Shown: piece after piece, positions 9,847 through 18,313 of the stretch | Layout of the letters: each line of letters starts with the position of its first letter | Numbering within the stretch: the stretch's first letter is position 1 | Assembly (NCBI GenBank): GCA_964561695.1 | Contig: CAZLQC010000003.1 | Coordinates: forward strand, 1 to 41,035 | Direction: 5' to 3' | DNA from: an uncultured Bdellovibrionales bacterium | GTDB lineage: Bacteria; Patescibacteriota; Minisyncoccia; Moranbacterales; UBA1568 | DNA: 41,035 nucleotides | Notes under the pieces: model-generated | The model's input: the letters and a program-made list of their open reading frames with translations, nothing else | What the model was told of the DNA's origin: nothing | Databases searched by the model: none | Made by a program: the position numbers and the translations under genes

Positions 9847-9851
9847 AAGGG

Positions 9852-9895
9852 AAAAGCGGTGAGTGGATATTATCCAGTCACCGCTTTTCTTTTTC
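9852..9895. terminator. bidirectional hairpin terminator between tgt and the minus-strand small ORF
   Basis: Stem AAAAGCGGTGAGTGGA / TCCAGTCACCGCTTTT followed by a T-run on the + strand. The complement also ends in TTTTCCC. Confidence 0.75.
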
Positions 9896-9912
9896 AGTTA
9901 GAGGGTAGGGAC

Positions 9913-10086
9913 TTAAGAAGTCGCCCTTCGACGCTCTTCTTGTCGTTTGCGCAGATCGATTGAAGCCGAACAGGTAGGCTCGACTAAAATGTCGGGATGA
10001 ACGGGCTTGCCCTTCTGGGTTCCAATTTGTTGGGCCAGTGCAATATGATCTGCTGGTGCTCGAGTAGTTTTGCGATTTATCTGCAT
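9913..10086 (-). CDS. hypothetical small basic protein (57 aa)
   Basis: ATG (MQINRK...) preceded by AAGGGG 8 nt upstream. Arg-rich C-terminus. No homology recognised. Confidence 0.35.
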   Translation of the reverse strand: MQINRKTTRAPADHIALAQQIGTQKGKPVHPDILVEPTCSASIDLRKRQEERRRATS

Positions 10087-10099
10087 GAGGTACCCCTTG

Positions 10100-10128
10100 T
10101 TGAAAAAGAAGTCTATTGACGCTATACT
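10100..10128 (+). promoter_or_regulatory. sigma70-like promoter for glyQS
   Basis: TTGAAA (10100-10105) - 17 nt - TATACT (10123-10128). Confidence 0.6.
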
Positions 10129-10190
10129 GCCTATAAATAGGTGAAACACGTCATAGAAGAGTAACCAAAATTATTCATTTTGTCAAGAGC

Positions 10191-11579
10191 ATGTCTGATC
10201 AAAAAATAGAAGTGACCATGGAAAAAATTGTTTCTTTGGCTAAGAGACGAGGTTTTGTGTTTCCTTCTTCTGAAATATACGGAGGTTTTGCGGCCGTCTA
10301 TGACTTCGGTCCTTATGGAGTAGAACTGGCCAAGAATATCCGTGAAGCCTGGTGGACGGCTATGGTACATGATCATGAAAACGTTGTAGGGCTGGATAGC
10401 GCTATTTTTATGCATCCGAAAGTCTGGGAAGCAAGTGGACATGTCGGCGGTTTCAGTGATCCGCTCGTAGAATGTAAGAGTTGTCAGACTCGTTCACGCG
10501 TAGACCATCTCCTCGAAGAAATAGGGGTGGTAGCGGATGAAAAGATGTCAGAAACAGAAATTAGTAGTCTTTTTGATGAACACAAGAAAGATATCAAGTG
10601 TCCCAAGTGTGGCAAAAATACTTGGAGTCAAGCTAAGAATTTCAACCTTCTTGTAGAGTCCAACCTTGGAGACTTCACGGGTACTGGCGAGAATCCGGTT
10701 TATCTGCGAGGTGAGACCTGCCAAGGGATTTATATCAATTTCAAAAATGTCTTAGACTCAAGTCGAGTGAAGGTACCTTTTGGTATTGCTCAGATAGGCA
10801 AAGCATTTCGTAATGAAATCACGGCTCGTCAGTTTATTTTCCGTAAGCGTGAGTTTGAGCAAATGGAAATGCAGTATTTCGTCCATCCAGATGAGGCGAT
10901 GAAAGCTTATGAACTTTGGCGAGAGAAGCGCATGCAATACTATCTGGATCTTGGTATCAAAAAAGAAAATCTGAAGTGGCATGAGCATGAGAATTTGGTT
11001 TTCTATGCCAAAGCAGCCTGGGATATCGAATACCGTTATCCATTTGGATTTAAGGAACTTGAAGGGGTGCACAATAGGGGGGACTATGATCTTACTCAGC
11101 ATTCGGAGTTTTCGGGTGTTGATCTATCATACCGAGACCCAGTGACCAATGAAAAATTCATGCCACATGTGGTAGAGACCTCAGTTGGACTAGACCGTAC
11201 TTTTCTCGCTGTACTTTGCGACGCCTATACCGAAGAAGAAGTCTCCGAAGGGGATACGCGTGTAGTATTGAAGTTTCCAAAAAAACTAGCTCCTGTACAG
11301 GTAGCGGTATTTCCGTTGATGAAGAACAAAGAAGAGTTGGTTGTTAAGGCTAGGGAGGTCTTCGACATGCTCAGACCGCATCTAAGATGCGAGTTTGATG
11401 ATAATGGCAATGTCGGTAAACGCTATCGTCGTCAGGATGAGATTGGTACACCGTACTGTATCACTATTGATTTTGATACCCTAGAAGACGATACGGTGAC
11501 CGTGCGTGATCGTGATACGATGGAACAAACAAGAATCAAAATCACAGAACTGGAGGATTTTCTGGGTGCTAAGCTGTAA
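10191..11579 (+). CDS. glyQS: glycine--tRNA ligase (alpha2 dimeric type)
   Basis: RRGFVFPSSEIYGG, FRNEITARQFIFRKREFEQMEMQYF, and GLDRTFLAVL, which are class II motifs. Confidence 0.96.
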   Translation: MSDQKIEVTMEKIVSLAKRRGFVFPSSEIYGGFAAVYDFGPYGVELAKNIREAWWTAMVHDHENVVGLDSAIFMHPKVWEASGHVGGFSDPLVECKSCQTRSRVDHLLEEIGVVADEKMSETEISSLFDEHKKDIKCPKCGKNTWSQAKNFNLLVESNLGDFTGTGENPVYLRGETCQGIYINFKNVLDSSRVKVPFGIAQIGKAFRNEITARQFIFRKREFEQMEMQYFVHPDEAMKAYELWREKRMQYYLDLGIKKENLKWHEHENLVFYAKAAWDIEYRYPFGFKELEGVHNRGDYDLTQHSEFSGVDLSYRDPVTNEKFMPHVVETSVGLDRTFLAVLCDAYTEEEVSEGDTRVVLKFPKKLAPVQVAVFPLMKNKEELVVKAREVFDMLRPHLRCEFDDNGNVGKRYRRQDEIGTPYCITIDFDTLEDDTVTVRDRDTMEQTRIKITELEDFLGAKL

Positions 11580-11589
11580 CACTAAGAAC

Positions 11590-12999
11590 ATGAAAATTAC
11601 GGTAGAGAACGTAGCTCCCAAGGGCGCTGTACGGGTAATCTTTGATGAGGATGCACAAGCTTCTTTTTTTCGTGAGAAAAACGGACAGCAGGAAATCGTT
11701 CTCAAGGTAGCCAAACGCAAAGAACTAACACGGAGGAAATGGTTTATTTTGGTGCGAGAAGCAGTGACGCTGGCTCAGAAACACCATCTTTCTCATATTG
11801 TTTTGGACTGGGGAAGTCTCACCAGTTTTCCGATTCTCAAAAAAGATAGTATAGAAACTCTCGCAGTACTGACTGGAGAGAACTTATTACTGGCTGGGTA
11901 CACGTTCAATCACTACAAGAAAAAAGAAAAAGAGAGCTATCGAGGTCTCAGTAAAGTCACTCTACTAGTAGAAGGCGAAGTAATCTCTCTGGTAAAAAAA
12001 GGTTTGTCACGAGGAGTGGTGCATGGTGAATACATAAACTGGTACCGTAACCTGGCTAATATTCCTGGAAATGACATGACGCCGAGACTTTTGGCGGGTG
12101 CTGTGAAGAAGGCAGTGGCGGAAGCGAAGAATCCTAAGCTCTCACTGAAGATATTGAGTCAAAAAGAAATAGAACGCCTCGGTATGGGTGGAGTGCTGGC
12201 TGTTGGCAAGGGGAGTAAAGAAGAATCTCAGTTTATCGAGCTCATTTATCGAGGCGGTAAAAAGAGTGAAGCGCCGATAGTTCTAGTAGGAAAAGGAGTA
12301 ACCTTCGACAGTGGTGGTATTGATACTAAGCCTCATCCCTACGCTCTTGATATGATGATGGATATGAGTGGTGGAGGATCAGTACTGGCAACGACCCTGA
12401 TTAGTGCTCGTCTAGGACTCAAACGCAACTTAGTTGCGTTGGTACCAGCGGTAGAAAACATGCCAGGAGGGGAGAGTTTTAGACCAGGAGATGTCATCAC
12501 TATGCTTGACGGCACGACCGTAGAGATAGGGCACACTGACGCTGAAGGCAGACTTATCTTGGGAGACGCCATCACCTATGCCAAGCGCTTCAAGCCAGCC
12601 GGAGTACTCGATGTAGCTACCCTTACAGGGGCAGCTGGAGTGGCTTTGGGCGAACGAGCGACAGCTCTCTTCACTCGAGATGATAAGCAAGCGGAGAAGA
12701 TTCTTCATGCTGGAGAGGTGACTGGTGACGTAGCTTGGAGGCTGCCACTGTGGGAAGAATATGAAAGCGAGATTGTCGGTAATGTGGCTGATATCTCCAA
12801 TGTCCGTACCAAAGGACGTGACGGAGTTGGAGGTGCTATCACAGCTGCCACTTTTCTCTATCACTTCGGCAAGGTACATCCTTGGTTTGTCCATCTCGAT
12901 ATGGCACCAACCATGACGAGCGTGTTTGATGAAAACCTTGCCAAAGGAGCCAAGGGTTCACCGGTTAGACTCTTAGTAGAATGGTTAGAAAAACTGTAA
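11590..12999 (+). CDS. pepA: leucyl aminopeptidase (M17 family)
   Basis: VGKGVTFDSGGIDTKP and NTDAEGRL-type motif (HTDAEGRLILGD). Start moved to ATG 11590, after the glyQS stop. Confidence 0.92.
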   Translation: MKITVENVAPKGAVRVIFDEDAQASFFREKNGQQEIVLKVAKRKELTRRKWFILVREAVTLAQKHHLSHIVLDWGSLTSFPILKKDSIETLAVLTGENLLLAGYTFNHYKKKEKESYRGLSKVTLLVEGEVISLVKKGLSRGVVHGEYINWYRNLANIPGNDMTPRLLAGAVKKAVAEAKNPKLSLKILSQKEIERLGMGGVLAVGKGSKEESQFIELIYRGGKKSEAPIVLVGKGVTFDSGGIDTKPHPYALDMMMDMSGGGSVLATTLISARLGLKRNLVALVPAVENMPGGESFRPGDVITMLDGTTVEIGHTDAEGRLILGDAITYAKRFKPAGVLDVATLTGAAGVALGERATALFTRDDKQAEKILHAGEVTGDVAWRLPLWEEYESEIVGNVADISNVRTKGRDGVGGAITAATFLYHFGKVHPWFVHLDMAPTMTSVFDENLAKGAKGSPVRLLVEWLEKL

Positions 13000-13018
13000 T
13001 TATACTCTCATTGAATTT

Positions 13019-14287
13019 ATGAAATATCAGAAAATTACTCTCAAAAATGGTTTGCGTATAGTCCTCGCTCCTATGCAGGATACCGATACAGCTACGGTTC
13101 TTGTCATGACGGGAGTGGGCTCTCGTTATGAGACGCGTAAAGAGAATGGTCTGGCTCACTTCCTGGAGCATATGTTTTTCAAGGGGACTAAGAAGCGTCC
13201 CACAGCACTGGATATTAGTAAGGAGCTTGATGGTCTTGGTGCTGAATACAATGCCTTCACTGGCGAAGAGTACACTGGCTACTATGCTAAAGTAGCTTCC
13301 AAGCATTGGATGACTGCCTTGGACGTAGTCTCTGACCTTTTTCTTAACGCTAAAATGGAACAAGAGGAAATTGATCGTGAGCGTGGGGCTATCATTCAGG
13401 AGCTCAGCATGTATGAAGATATGCCGATGCGCCGAGTGCAAGAGTTTTTCAAGACCCTTCTCTACGGTGATACACCGTTGGGCTGGGATATTGGTGGCCC
13501 GAAGAGTAACATCAAGCTTTTTCAGCGTAAGGATTTTATTAAATTTTTGGAGCGTGCGTATATAGCAGAGAATATAGTAGTCGGGGTGGCAGGAAAAATT
13601 GATCCTAAGATGGTGAAGCAAGCCATCGAGAAGATTTTCAAGGATGTTCGTGTTGGTAAAAAACCAGTTGCCAAGAAAGCAGTCGATAAGCAGTCGGTAC
13701 CGCAGGTGTTTCTCCATAACAAGAAAGTGGACCAGACACAGCTGGTGGTGGGTGTACGAGCATTTGATATGTTTCATAAAGACAAAGCGGTTCTCTCGGT
13801 TTTGACCGCTATTCTCGGTGGAGGGATGTCATCAAGGATGTTTATGGAAGTGCGTGAACGTCGAGGATTGGCGTACTCTATCCGTACCAGCACGGACCTT
13901 TTCTTAGATGCGGGCTATCTAGCTACTCAGGCTGGAGTAGAGCACGGTAACCTAGAGAAAGCTCTCAAGGTTATTCTTGGTGAGTACAAAAAAATTACAG
14001 AGGAACTGGTTGGTAAAGAGGAGCTCAAGAAAGCTAAAGAAAGTATCAAGGGCCGTACTGCTCTTGGGTTGGAGGGATCAGACGATGTTGTGGAGTACTT
14101 GGTAGGCCAAGAAATTCTTCAGAATCAAATCATCACCCCCAAAGACAAGCTCCGGGCTATCGATAAAGTGACGGCTGAAGATGTGCTGCGGGTAGCTAAG
14201 ATGATATTCACCGAGAAGCGTCTCAATCTGGCAGTTATTAGCCCGAATGCCAAAAAAGCCAAGCTTGAAAAACTCCTTCATCTCTAA
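13019..14287 (+). CDS. M16 family (pitrilysin-like) zinc peptidase
   Basis: Inverted zinc motif HFLEHMFFKGT (HxxEH) and a downstream E in REREVILQE-like IDRERGAIIQE. Confidence 0.92.
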   Translation: MKYQKITLKNGLRIVLAPMQDTDTATVLVMTGVGSRYETRKENGLAHFLEHMFFKGTKKRPTALDISKELDGLGAEYNAFTGEEYTGYYAKVASKHWMTALDVVSDLFLNAKMEQEEIDRERGAIIQELSMYEDMPMRRVQEFFKTLLYGDTPLGWDIGGPKSNIKLFQRKDFIKFLERAYIAENIVVGVAGKIDPKMVKQAIEKIFKDVRVGKKPVAKKAVDKQSVPQVFLHNKKVDQTQLVVGVRAFDMFHKDKAVLSVLTAILGGGMSSRMFMEVRERRGLAYSIRTSTDLFLDAGYLATQAGVEHGNLEKALKVILGEYKKITEELVGKEELKKAKESIKGRTALGLEGSDDVVEYLVGQEILQNQIITPKDKLRAIDKVTAEDVLRVAKMIFTEKRLNLAVISPNAKKAKLEKLLHL

Positions 14288-14296
14288 GATACCGGC

Positions 14297-14956
14297 ATGC
14301 TCTATATCGTAGCCACCCCTATCGGTAACCTAGGTGATATCACTCTCCGAGCTCTTGAGACACTCAAAAACGTGGATCTGATTCTTTGTGAAGATACTCG
14401 TGTGACTAAGAAATTGTTGTTTCACTATGAGATAGCCAAACCAACAAGCTCATTCCACGAACACAGCGATGACCGTAGGATAGCCAGTCTCATAGAACGC
14501 TTGCAAGCGGGGGAGAACATGGCGCTCGTGACTGACGCGGGGACACCGGGACTTTCGGACCCAGGCAACGTGCTGGTGGAAGCAGCGCTCAAGGCTGAAG
14601 TTGTCGTCGTACCTATTCCAGGGGCATCAGCTCTGACGGCCCTTGTTTCGGTAGCGGGGATTGATATGCGGGAATTTACATTCCTAGGTTTCCCACCCCA
14701 CAAGAAAGGACGGCAGACGTTTTTTCGAGGAGTGGGTGAAAGCACTCTACCAGTCATGTACTATGAATCACCACACCGGGTGATGAAGAATTTGGAATTA
14801 CTTCTGGAGCTGGCTCCAGAAAAGAAAGTTATTCTTGGCCGTGAACTGACGAAGATGTTTGAAGAGGTGATACGAGGAGATGTAGCAGCTATCAGAAGTT
14901 ACTTCGAAGAGCATCCAGAGAAGGTCAAGGGAGAATTTACTATTATTGTTTACTAA
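14297..14956 (+). CDS. rsmI: 16S rRNA (cytidine1402-2'-O)-methyltransferase
   Basis: LYIVATPIGNLGDITLRALETLKNVDLILCEDTR, DAGTPGLSDPG, and ESPHR. Confidence 0.93.
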   Translation: MLYIVATPIGNLGDITLRALETLKNVDLILCEDTRVTKKLLFHYEIAKPTSSFHEHSDDRRIASLIERLQAGENMALVTDAGTPGLSDPGNVLVEAALKAEVVVVPIPGASALTALVSVAGIDMREFTFLGFPPHKKGRQTFFRGVGESTLPVMYYESPHRVMKNLELLLELAPEKKVILGRELTKMFEEVIRGDVAAIRSYFEEHPEKVKGEFTIIVY

Positions 14957-14992
14957 AAAAAGGAGGCCGCGGAACAAGTGTTGTCCGCGGCC
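14953..14992 (-). terminator. intrinsic terminator of the small CCHC gene 15032..15295
   Basis: Hairpin GGCCGCGGA...TCCGCGGCC (14965-14992). On the minus strand it is followed by TCCTTTTTTT. Confidence 0.75.
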
Positions 14993-15031
14993 CTTGTCTA
15001 CGCGTACCATTTGGTACTCTGGGCTACATAG

Positions 15032-15295
15032 CTAGCCTCTGTCTCCGATACGCTCTCTGAGCCAATGTCCTTCTTCCTCGAGGGGCGCGTAGTCGGCGCT
15101 GGCAGAGAAAAAGTCAGCTGGGCTTCCATCAATACTAGCAACCATTGAGAGTTCTGGACTATTGTCACAAATCTGGATAGTGTCGGGAGTATTATCCCGT
15201 ATTGTCGGCACAGAGCGCCTTCCGTGTGCGCAGACATGACTGCCTGTGATAGTGGTTGTTTCGCCACAGCATGTGCAGATTCCTTGCTTGGTCAT
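15032..15295 (-). CDS. small CCHC-motif protein, paralogue 1 (87 aa)
   Basis: MTKQGICTCCGETTTITGSHVCAHG contains C-x2-C-x9-H-x-C. SD-like GAGGGG 9 nt upstream. Has its own promoter and terminator. Confidence 0.6.
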   Translation of the reverse strand: MTKQGICTCCGETTTITGSHVCAHGRRSVPTIRDNTPDTIQICDNSPELSMVASIDGSPADFFSASADYAPLEEEGHWLRERIGDRG

Positions 15296-15356
15296 TCTCT
15301 TTCCCCTCGGAAATGGTTTGAGTAATTGTGTAGATTCCAATCAAATCTACTCGGGC

Positions 15357-15386
15357 AGTCTACTCCTACCGTCTCGGAAGAGTCAA
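15357..15386 (-). promoter_or_regulatory. sigma70-like promoter of CCHC paralogue 1
   Basis: Minus strand reads TTGACT - 18 nt - TAGACT, followed by the conserved leader AGATTTGATTGGAATCT. Confidence 0.55.
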
Positions 15387-15398
15387 GTCTTTTAGTAT

Positions 15399-15436
15399 AA
15401 AAAAACGACCGTCACCTTGTGGAGGGGTGGCGGTCG
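15399..15436 (-). terminator. intrinsic terminator of the small CCHC gene 15459..15632
   Basis: Minus strand reads CGACCGCCACC-CCTCCACAA-GGTGACGGTCG followed by TTTTTTT. Confidence 0.8.
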
Positions 15437-15458
15437 GGAAGTTGCAGTACGCCTGTGT

Positions 15459-15632
15459 TTAGGCGGGTACAACCTGTGAAATCGGAATTTGTGCAGCTGG
15501 AGCCCGCTTGGTATCTACCCTATTGAGGGTCGACTGGCTTAGCGGAAATCTTTCCATGGATCTCGTGGCAGGGCACTGATGGAAAGAGCCTTCTTGGCCA
15601 GATTGGGAACAGCTATCGCACGAAGTTTTCAT
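15459..15632 (-). CDS. small CCHC-motif protein, paralogue 2 (57 aa)
   Basis: MKTSCDSCSQSGQEGSFHQC has the same C-x2-C-x9-H-x-C spacing. SD-like AAGGGG. Has its own promoter and terminator. Confidence 0.6.
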   Translation of the reverse strand: MKTSCDSCSQSGQEGSFHQCPATRSMERFPLSQSTLNRVDTKRAPAAQIPISQVVPA

Positions 15633-15694
15633 TGATTTTCCCCTTGGAAAAAGATGGTTGTTTGTACAAGATTCCAATCAAATCTGCACCTACA

Positions 15695-15724
15695 TAGTAT
15701 GCTCCAGTTAGGGCTTCTTGTCAA
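15695..15724 (-). promoter_or_regulatory. sigma70-like promoter of CCHC paralogue 2
   Basis: Minus strand reads TTGACA - 18 nt - TACTAT, followed by the same AGATTTGATTGGAATCT leader. Confidence 0.6.
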
Positions 15725-15922
15725 TCCATAGAAGTTGTCTAAGAGAAGTTCCTATACCCCATACAACTCCTCTTGAAGATTGAGTCTATGTGAAGAATAG
15801 ATAGGTATTCGCTTTCGGCATAGAGATAGAGATAGGCTACAGTTTGTAGCTGGAATTTGTACGGGGCAGGTCGACAGAAGACGGACTTTATGACATCGTA
15901 GAAGAAGCTAATAATACTCAAT

Positions 15923-17335
15923 ATGGAAGCTCAAAAGCCATTTTATATCACTACTACTCTTCCCTATGTGAACGGCACACCGCATATAGGTTTTGCTTTG
16001 GAAATCATTGAAGCTGATGTTTTGGCTCGTTTCAAAAAGAGTTTAGGACATCCGGTGATTTTCAACACAGGTACCGATGAACATGGCATTAACATCTATC
16101 GCAAGGCACAGGAGTTGGGCCAGGACACTCAGACGTATACAGATGAAATATCTTTACAATTCCAGGAGCTCAAAGAATTGTTGAACCTGAGCTATACACA
16201 TTTTGTCCGTACGACTGATGAGGCCCATATCAAAGCGGCGCAAGAATTCTGGCGACGCTCAGATGCTAATGGTGATATTTACAAAAAAGCCTACAAGATC
16301 AAGTATTGCCCTGGTTGTGAACTGGAGAAAACAGACTCAGAGCTCAATGATGATGGTCGTTGCGAGTTGCATCCAAGCAAAGAGATTGAAATGATTGATG
16401 AGGAGAATTATTTCTTTCGGTGGTCTAAATACCAAGAGGCATTATTGAAACTCTATAAGGAGAAGCCTGATTTTGTCCTTCCCAAAAAACGTTTGAATGA
16501 AATAGAGAGCTTTGTGGAACGGGGATTGCAAGATTTTAGTATTTCTCGTCTACGCGAAAAACTGCCTTGGGGAGTGCCAGTGCCGGGTGATGATGAACAT
16601 GTGATGTATGTATGGTTCGATGCTCTAGTGAGTTATATTTCTACTTTGGGATGGCCTGATCAGAAAGAGGAATTTGAGAAATGGTGGCCGGGAGTACAAA
16701 TAGCTGGGAAAGATAATCTTCGTCAGCAGGCAGCTATGTGGCAGGCCATGCTTTGTTCTGTAGGATTGCCTTTCTCGGAACAGGTTCTGATTAATGGTTT
16801 TATCAATGTTGATGGTCAGAAAATGAGTAAGAGTCTCGGTAATGTGATTACTCCCAAAGAAATGGTGGAGAAGTTTGGGACAGACGGCGCTCGCTATCTC
16901 TTGTTAACCCTCGCTCACCTAGGAGAAGATTCGGATATTAGTTGGGAGCGGGCTACGGAGAAATATAATGCCGACTTGGCCAACGGTCTAGGGAATCTGG
17001 TGTCACGGGTTATCAAGCTTTCTGAGAAGATGGAGAAATATCCAACGTACGAGGCAGTGGTAAATACTGCAAAAATTCTCAATTACAATGTGCCTGAATA
17101 TGTTGGTCGGGTTATGGATCAAGTCCGTGAAGCCAATGAGTATATGAGTAAGGAGGAACCCTGGATGCTGGTCAAGACCGACAGTCAGGCTTTTGAAGGA
17201 GTGATGCATGTTTTACTTCAGAAACTTGCTGTCATTGTGAGTCAGATAGAAATCCTGATGCCAGAGACGGCCGAGAAAATCCAAACCGCTCTCAAGACCG
17301 GTAAAACGGAACCTCTTTTTCAGCGCATTGCCTAA
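15923..17335 (+). CDS. metG: methionine--tRNA ligase (short form, no C-terminal tRNA-binding domain)
   Basis: TLPYVNGTPHIGF (HIGH-type), KMSKSLGN, and the anticodon-binding region NGLGNLVSR. Confidence 0.95.
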   Translation: MEAQKPFYITTTLPYVNGTPHIGFALEIIEADVLARFKKSLGHPVIFNTGTDEHGINIYRKAQELGQDTQTYTDEISLQFQELKELLNLSYTHFVRTTDEAHIKAAQEFWRRSDANGDIYKKAYKIKYCPGCELEKTDSELNDDGRCELHPSKEIEMIDEENYFFRWSKYQEALLKLYKEKPDFVLPKKRLNEIESFVERGLQDFSISRLREKLPWGVPVPGDDEHVMYVWFDALVSYISTLGWPDQKEEFEKWWPGVQIAGKDNLRQQAAMWQAMLCSVGLPFSEQVLINGFINVDGQKMSKSLGNVITPKEMVEKFGTDGARYLLLTLAHLGEDSDISWERATEKYNADLANGLGNLVSRVIKLSEKMEKYPTYEAVVNTAKILNYNVPEYVGRVMDQVREANEYMSKEEPWMLVKTDSQAFEGVMHVLLQKLAVIVSQIEILMPETAEKIQTALKTGKTEPLFQRIA

Positions 17336-17340
17336 GAAGT

Positions 17341-18162
17341 ATGCTTGATATCCACACTCATTTGTACTGGGACAGTTATGACACTGACCGAGATGCTGTT
17401 ATTGCTCGGGCCCGTACGGCTGGAGTGAAGCAGATGTTGGTAGTTGGTACGACACTTGAGGAAAGCCGTAGAGCGCTTGCTCTGGCAGGACAGTATGATG
17501 ATGTCTATGCCAGTGTAGGAATTCATCCCAATGAATTTCGAAGTCAGGTGGGAGAGTATGTGGTAGAACTTCAAGAATTAGCTAAGGATAAAAAGGTTGT
17601 TGCTATTGGTGAATGTGGGTTGGATTATTCTGAGAGTCATGGAGAAATCACTGAGGCACAGAAAAAAGACCAACAAGAGGCTCTAAAAAAGCACATAGCT
17701 CTCGCAACTGAGCTCGGTTTACCGCTCATTATTCATTGTCGGCCAAAGAACGCTCTGACCATGGATGCCTACGAAGACTTACTCGCTATTTTTAGGCAAG
17801 CATGTTTCTCGTTACCGATAGTTCTCCATTGTTACATGGGGGATACAGAGGTGACTAGGAAGTTTCTCGAGCTTTCACAGGTATATTTTTCTTTTACCGG
17901 CAATATCACCTATCCAGTTAAGAAACATTTAGTCGGAAGTAAGGATGATCTAACTGAAACGGTGAAGCTTATCCCTAAAGAACGCATTTTCGTGGAGACT
18001 GACTGTCCCTTTCTTTCACCTCAAGCTAAACGAGGGGAACGTAATGAACCTGCTTATGTGGTCCACACAGGTAAGAAAGTATGCGAATTGCTAGTTCTCA
18101 CTCGAGATACTCTGGAGAAACAGCTGGAAGCGAACTTCAAGGCAGTCTTCGGAAAGTCCTAG
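17341..18162 (+). CDS. tatD: TatD family metal-dependent hydrolase/DNase
   Basis: MLDIHTHL, AIGECGLDY, IIHCR, and ETDCPFL. Confidence 0.92.
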   Translation: MLDIHTHLYWDSYDTDRDAVIARARTAGVKQMLVVGTTLEESRRALALAGQYDDVYASVGIHPNEFRSQVGEYVVELQELAKDKKVVAIGECGLDYSESHGEITEAQKKDQQEALKKHIALATELGLPLIIHCRPKNALTMDAYEDLLAIFRQACFSLPIVLHCYMGDTEVTRKFLELSQVYFSFTGNITYPVKKHLVGSKDDLTETVKLIPKERIFVETDCPFLSPQAKRGERNEPAYVVHTGKKVCELLVLTRDTLEKQLEANFKAVFGKS

Positions 18163-18163
18163 A

Positions 18164-18192
18164 TTGACTGATATGGCTTTTGGCCGTACAAT
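18164..18192 (+). promoter_or_regulatory. sigma70-like promoter of the atp operon
   Basis: TTGACT (18164-18169) - 17 nt - TACAAT (18187-18192). Confidence 0.65.
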
Positions 18193-18206
18193 AGAAGCGT
18201 TTTAAT

Positions 18207-18310
18207 AACCGACAACTCACAACTCACAACCCACAACAAATCCTACTCAGGATAAGCTTGGATTGGCCGAGAGGGGTTGTTTGTTGTTAGTTATTAGTTG
18301 TAAGTTAATC
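18207..18310 (+). repeat. long imperfect hairpin in the atpB leader (CA-rich 5' arm, GT-rich 3' arm)
   Basis: 18207-18231 against 18275-18299 gives 18 WC pairs, 1 GU pair and 6 mismatches out of 25. Shares the 12-mer GTTGTTTGTTGT and the 11-mer AGTTGTAAGTT with the 3' arm at 19779-19805. Confidence 0.55.
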
Positions 18311-18313
18311 ATA

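Noticed and set aside
12965-13777. 270-aa minus-strand ORF. Other long antisense ORFs are 522..929, 12430..12894, 19912..20292, 27514..27915 and 27934..28404.
   Set aside because: All lie fully inside strongly supported + strand genes (M16 peptidase, argS, pepA, atpF, leuS). They have low-complexity or unnatural composition and are shadow ORFs.
15739-15921. 60-aa minus-strand ORF, and a possible T-box or riboswitch in the 180-nt region upstream of metG.
   Set aside because: The ORF has no start context and an implausible composition. The region has small hairpins (GAATA/TATTC and GCTACA/TGTAGC) but no T-box GGTGGTACC-type motif and no terminator.
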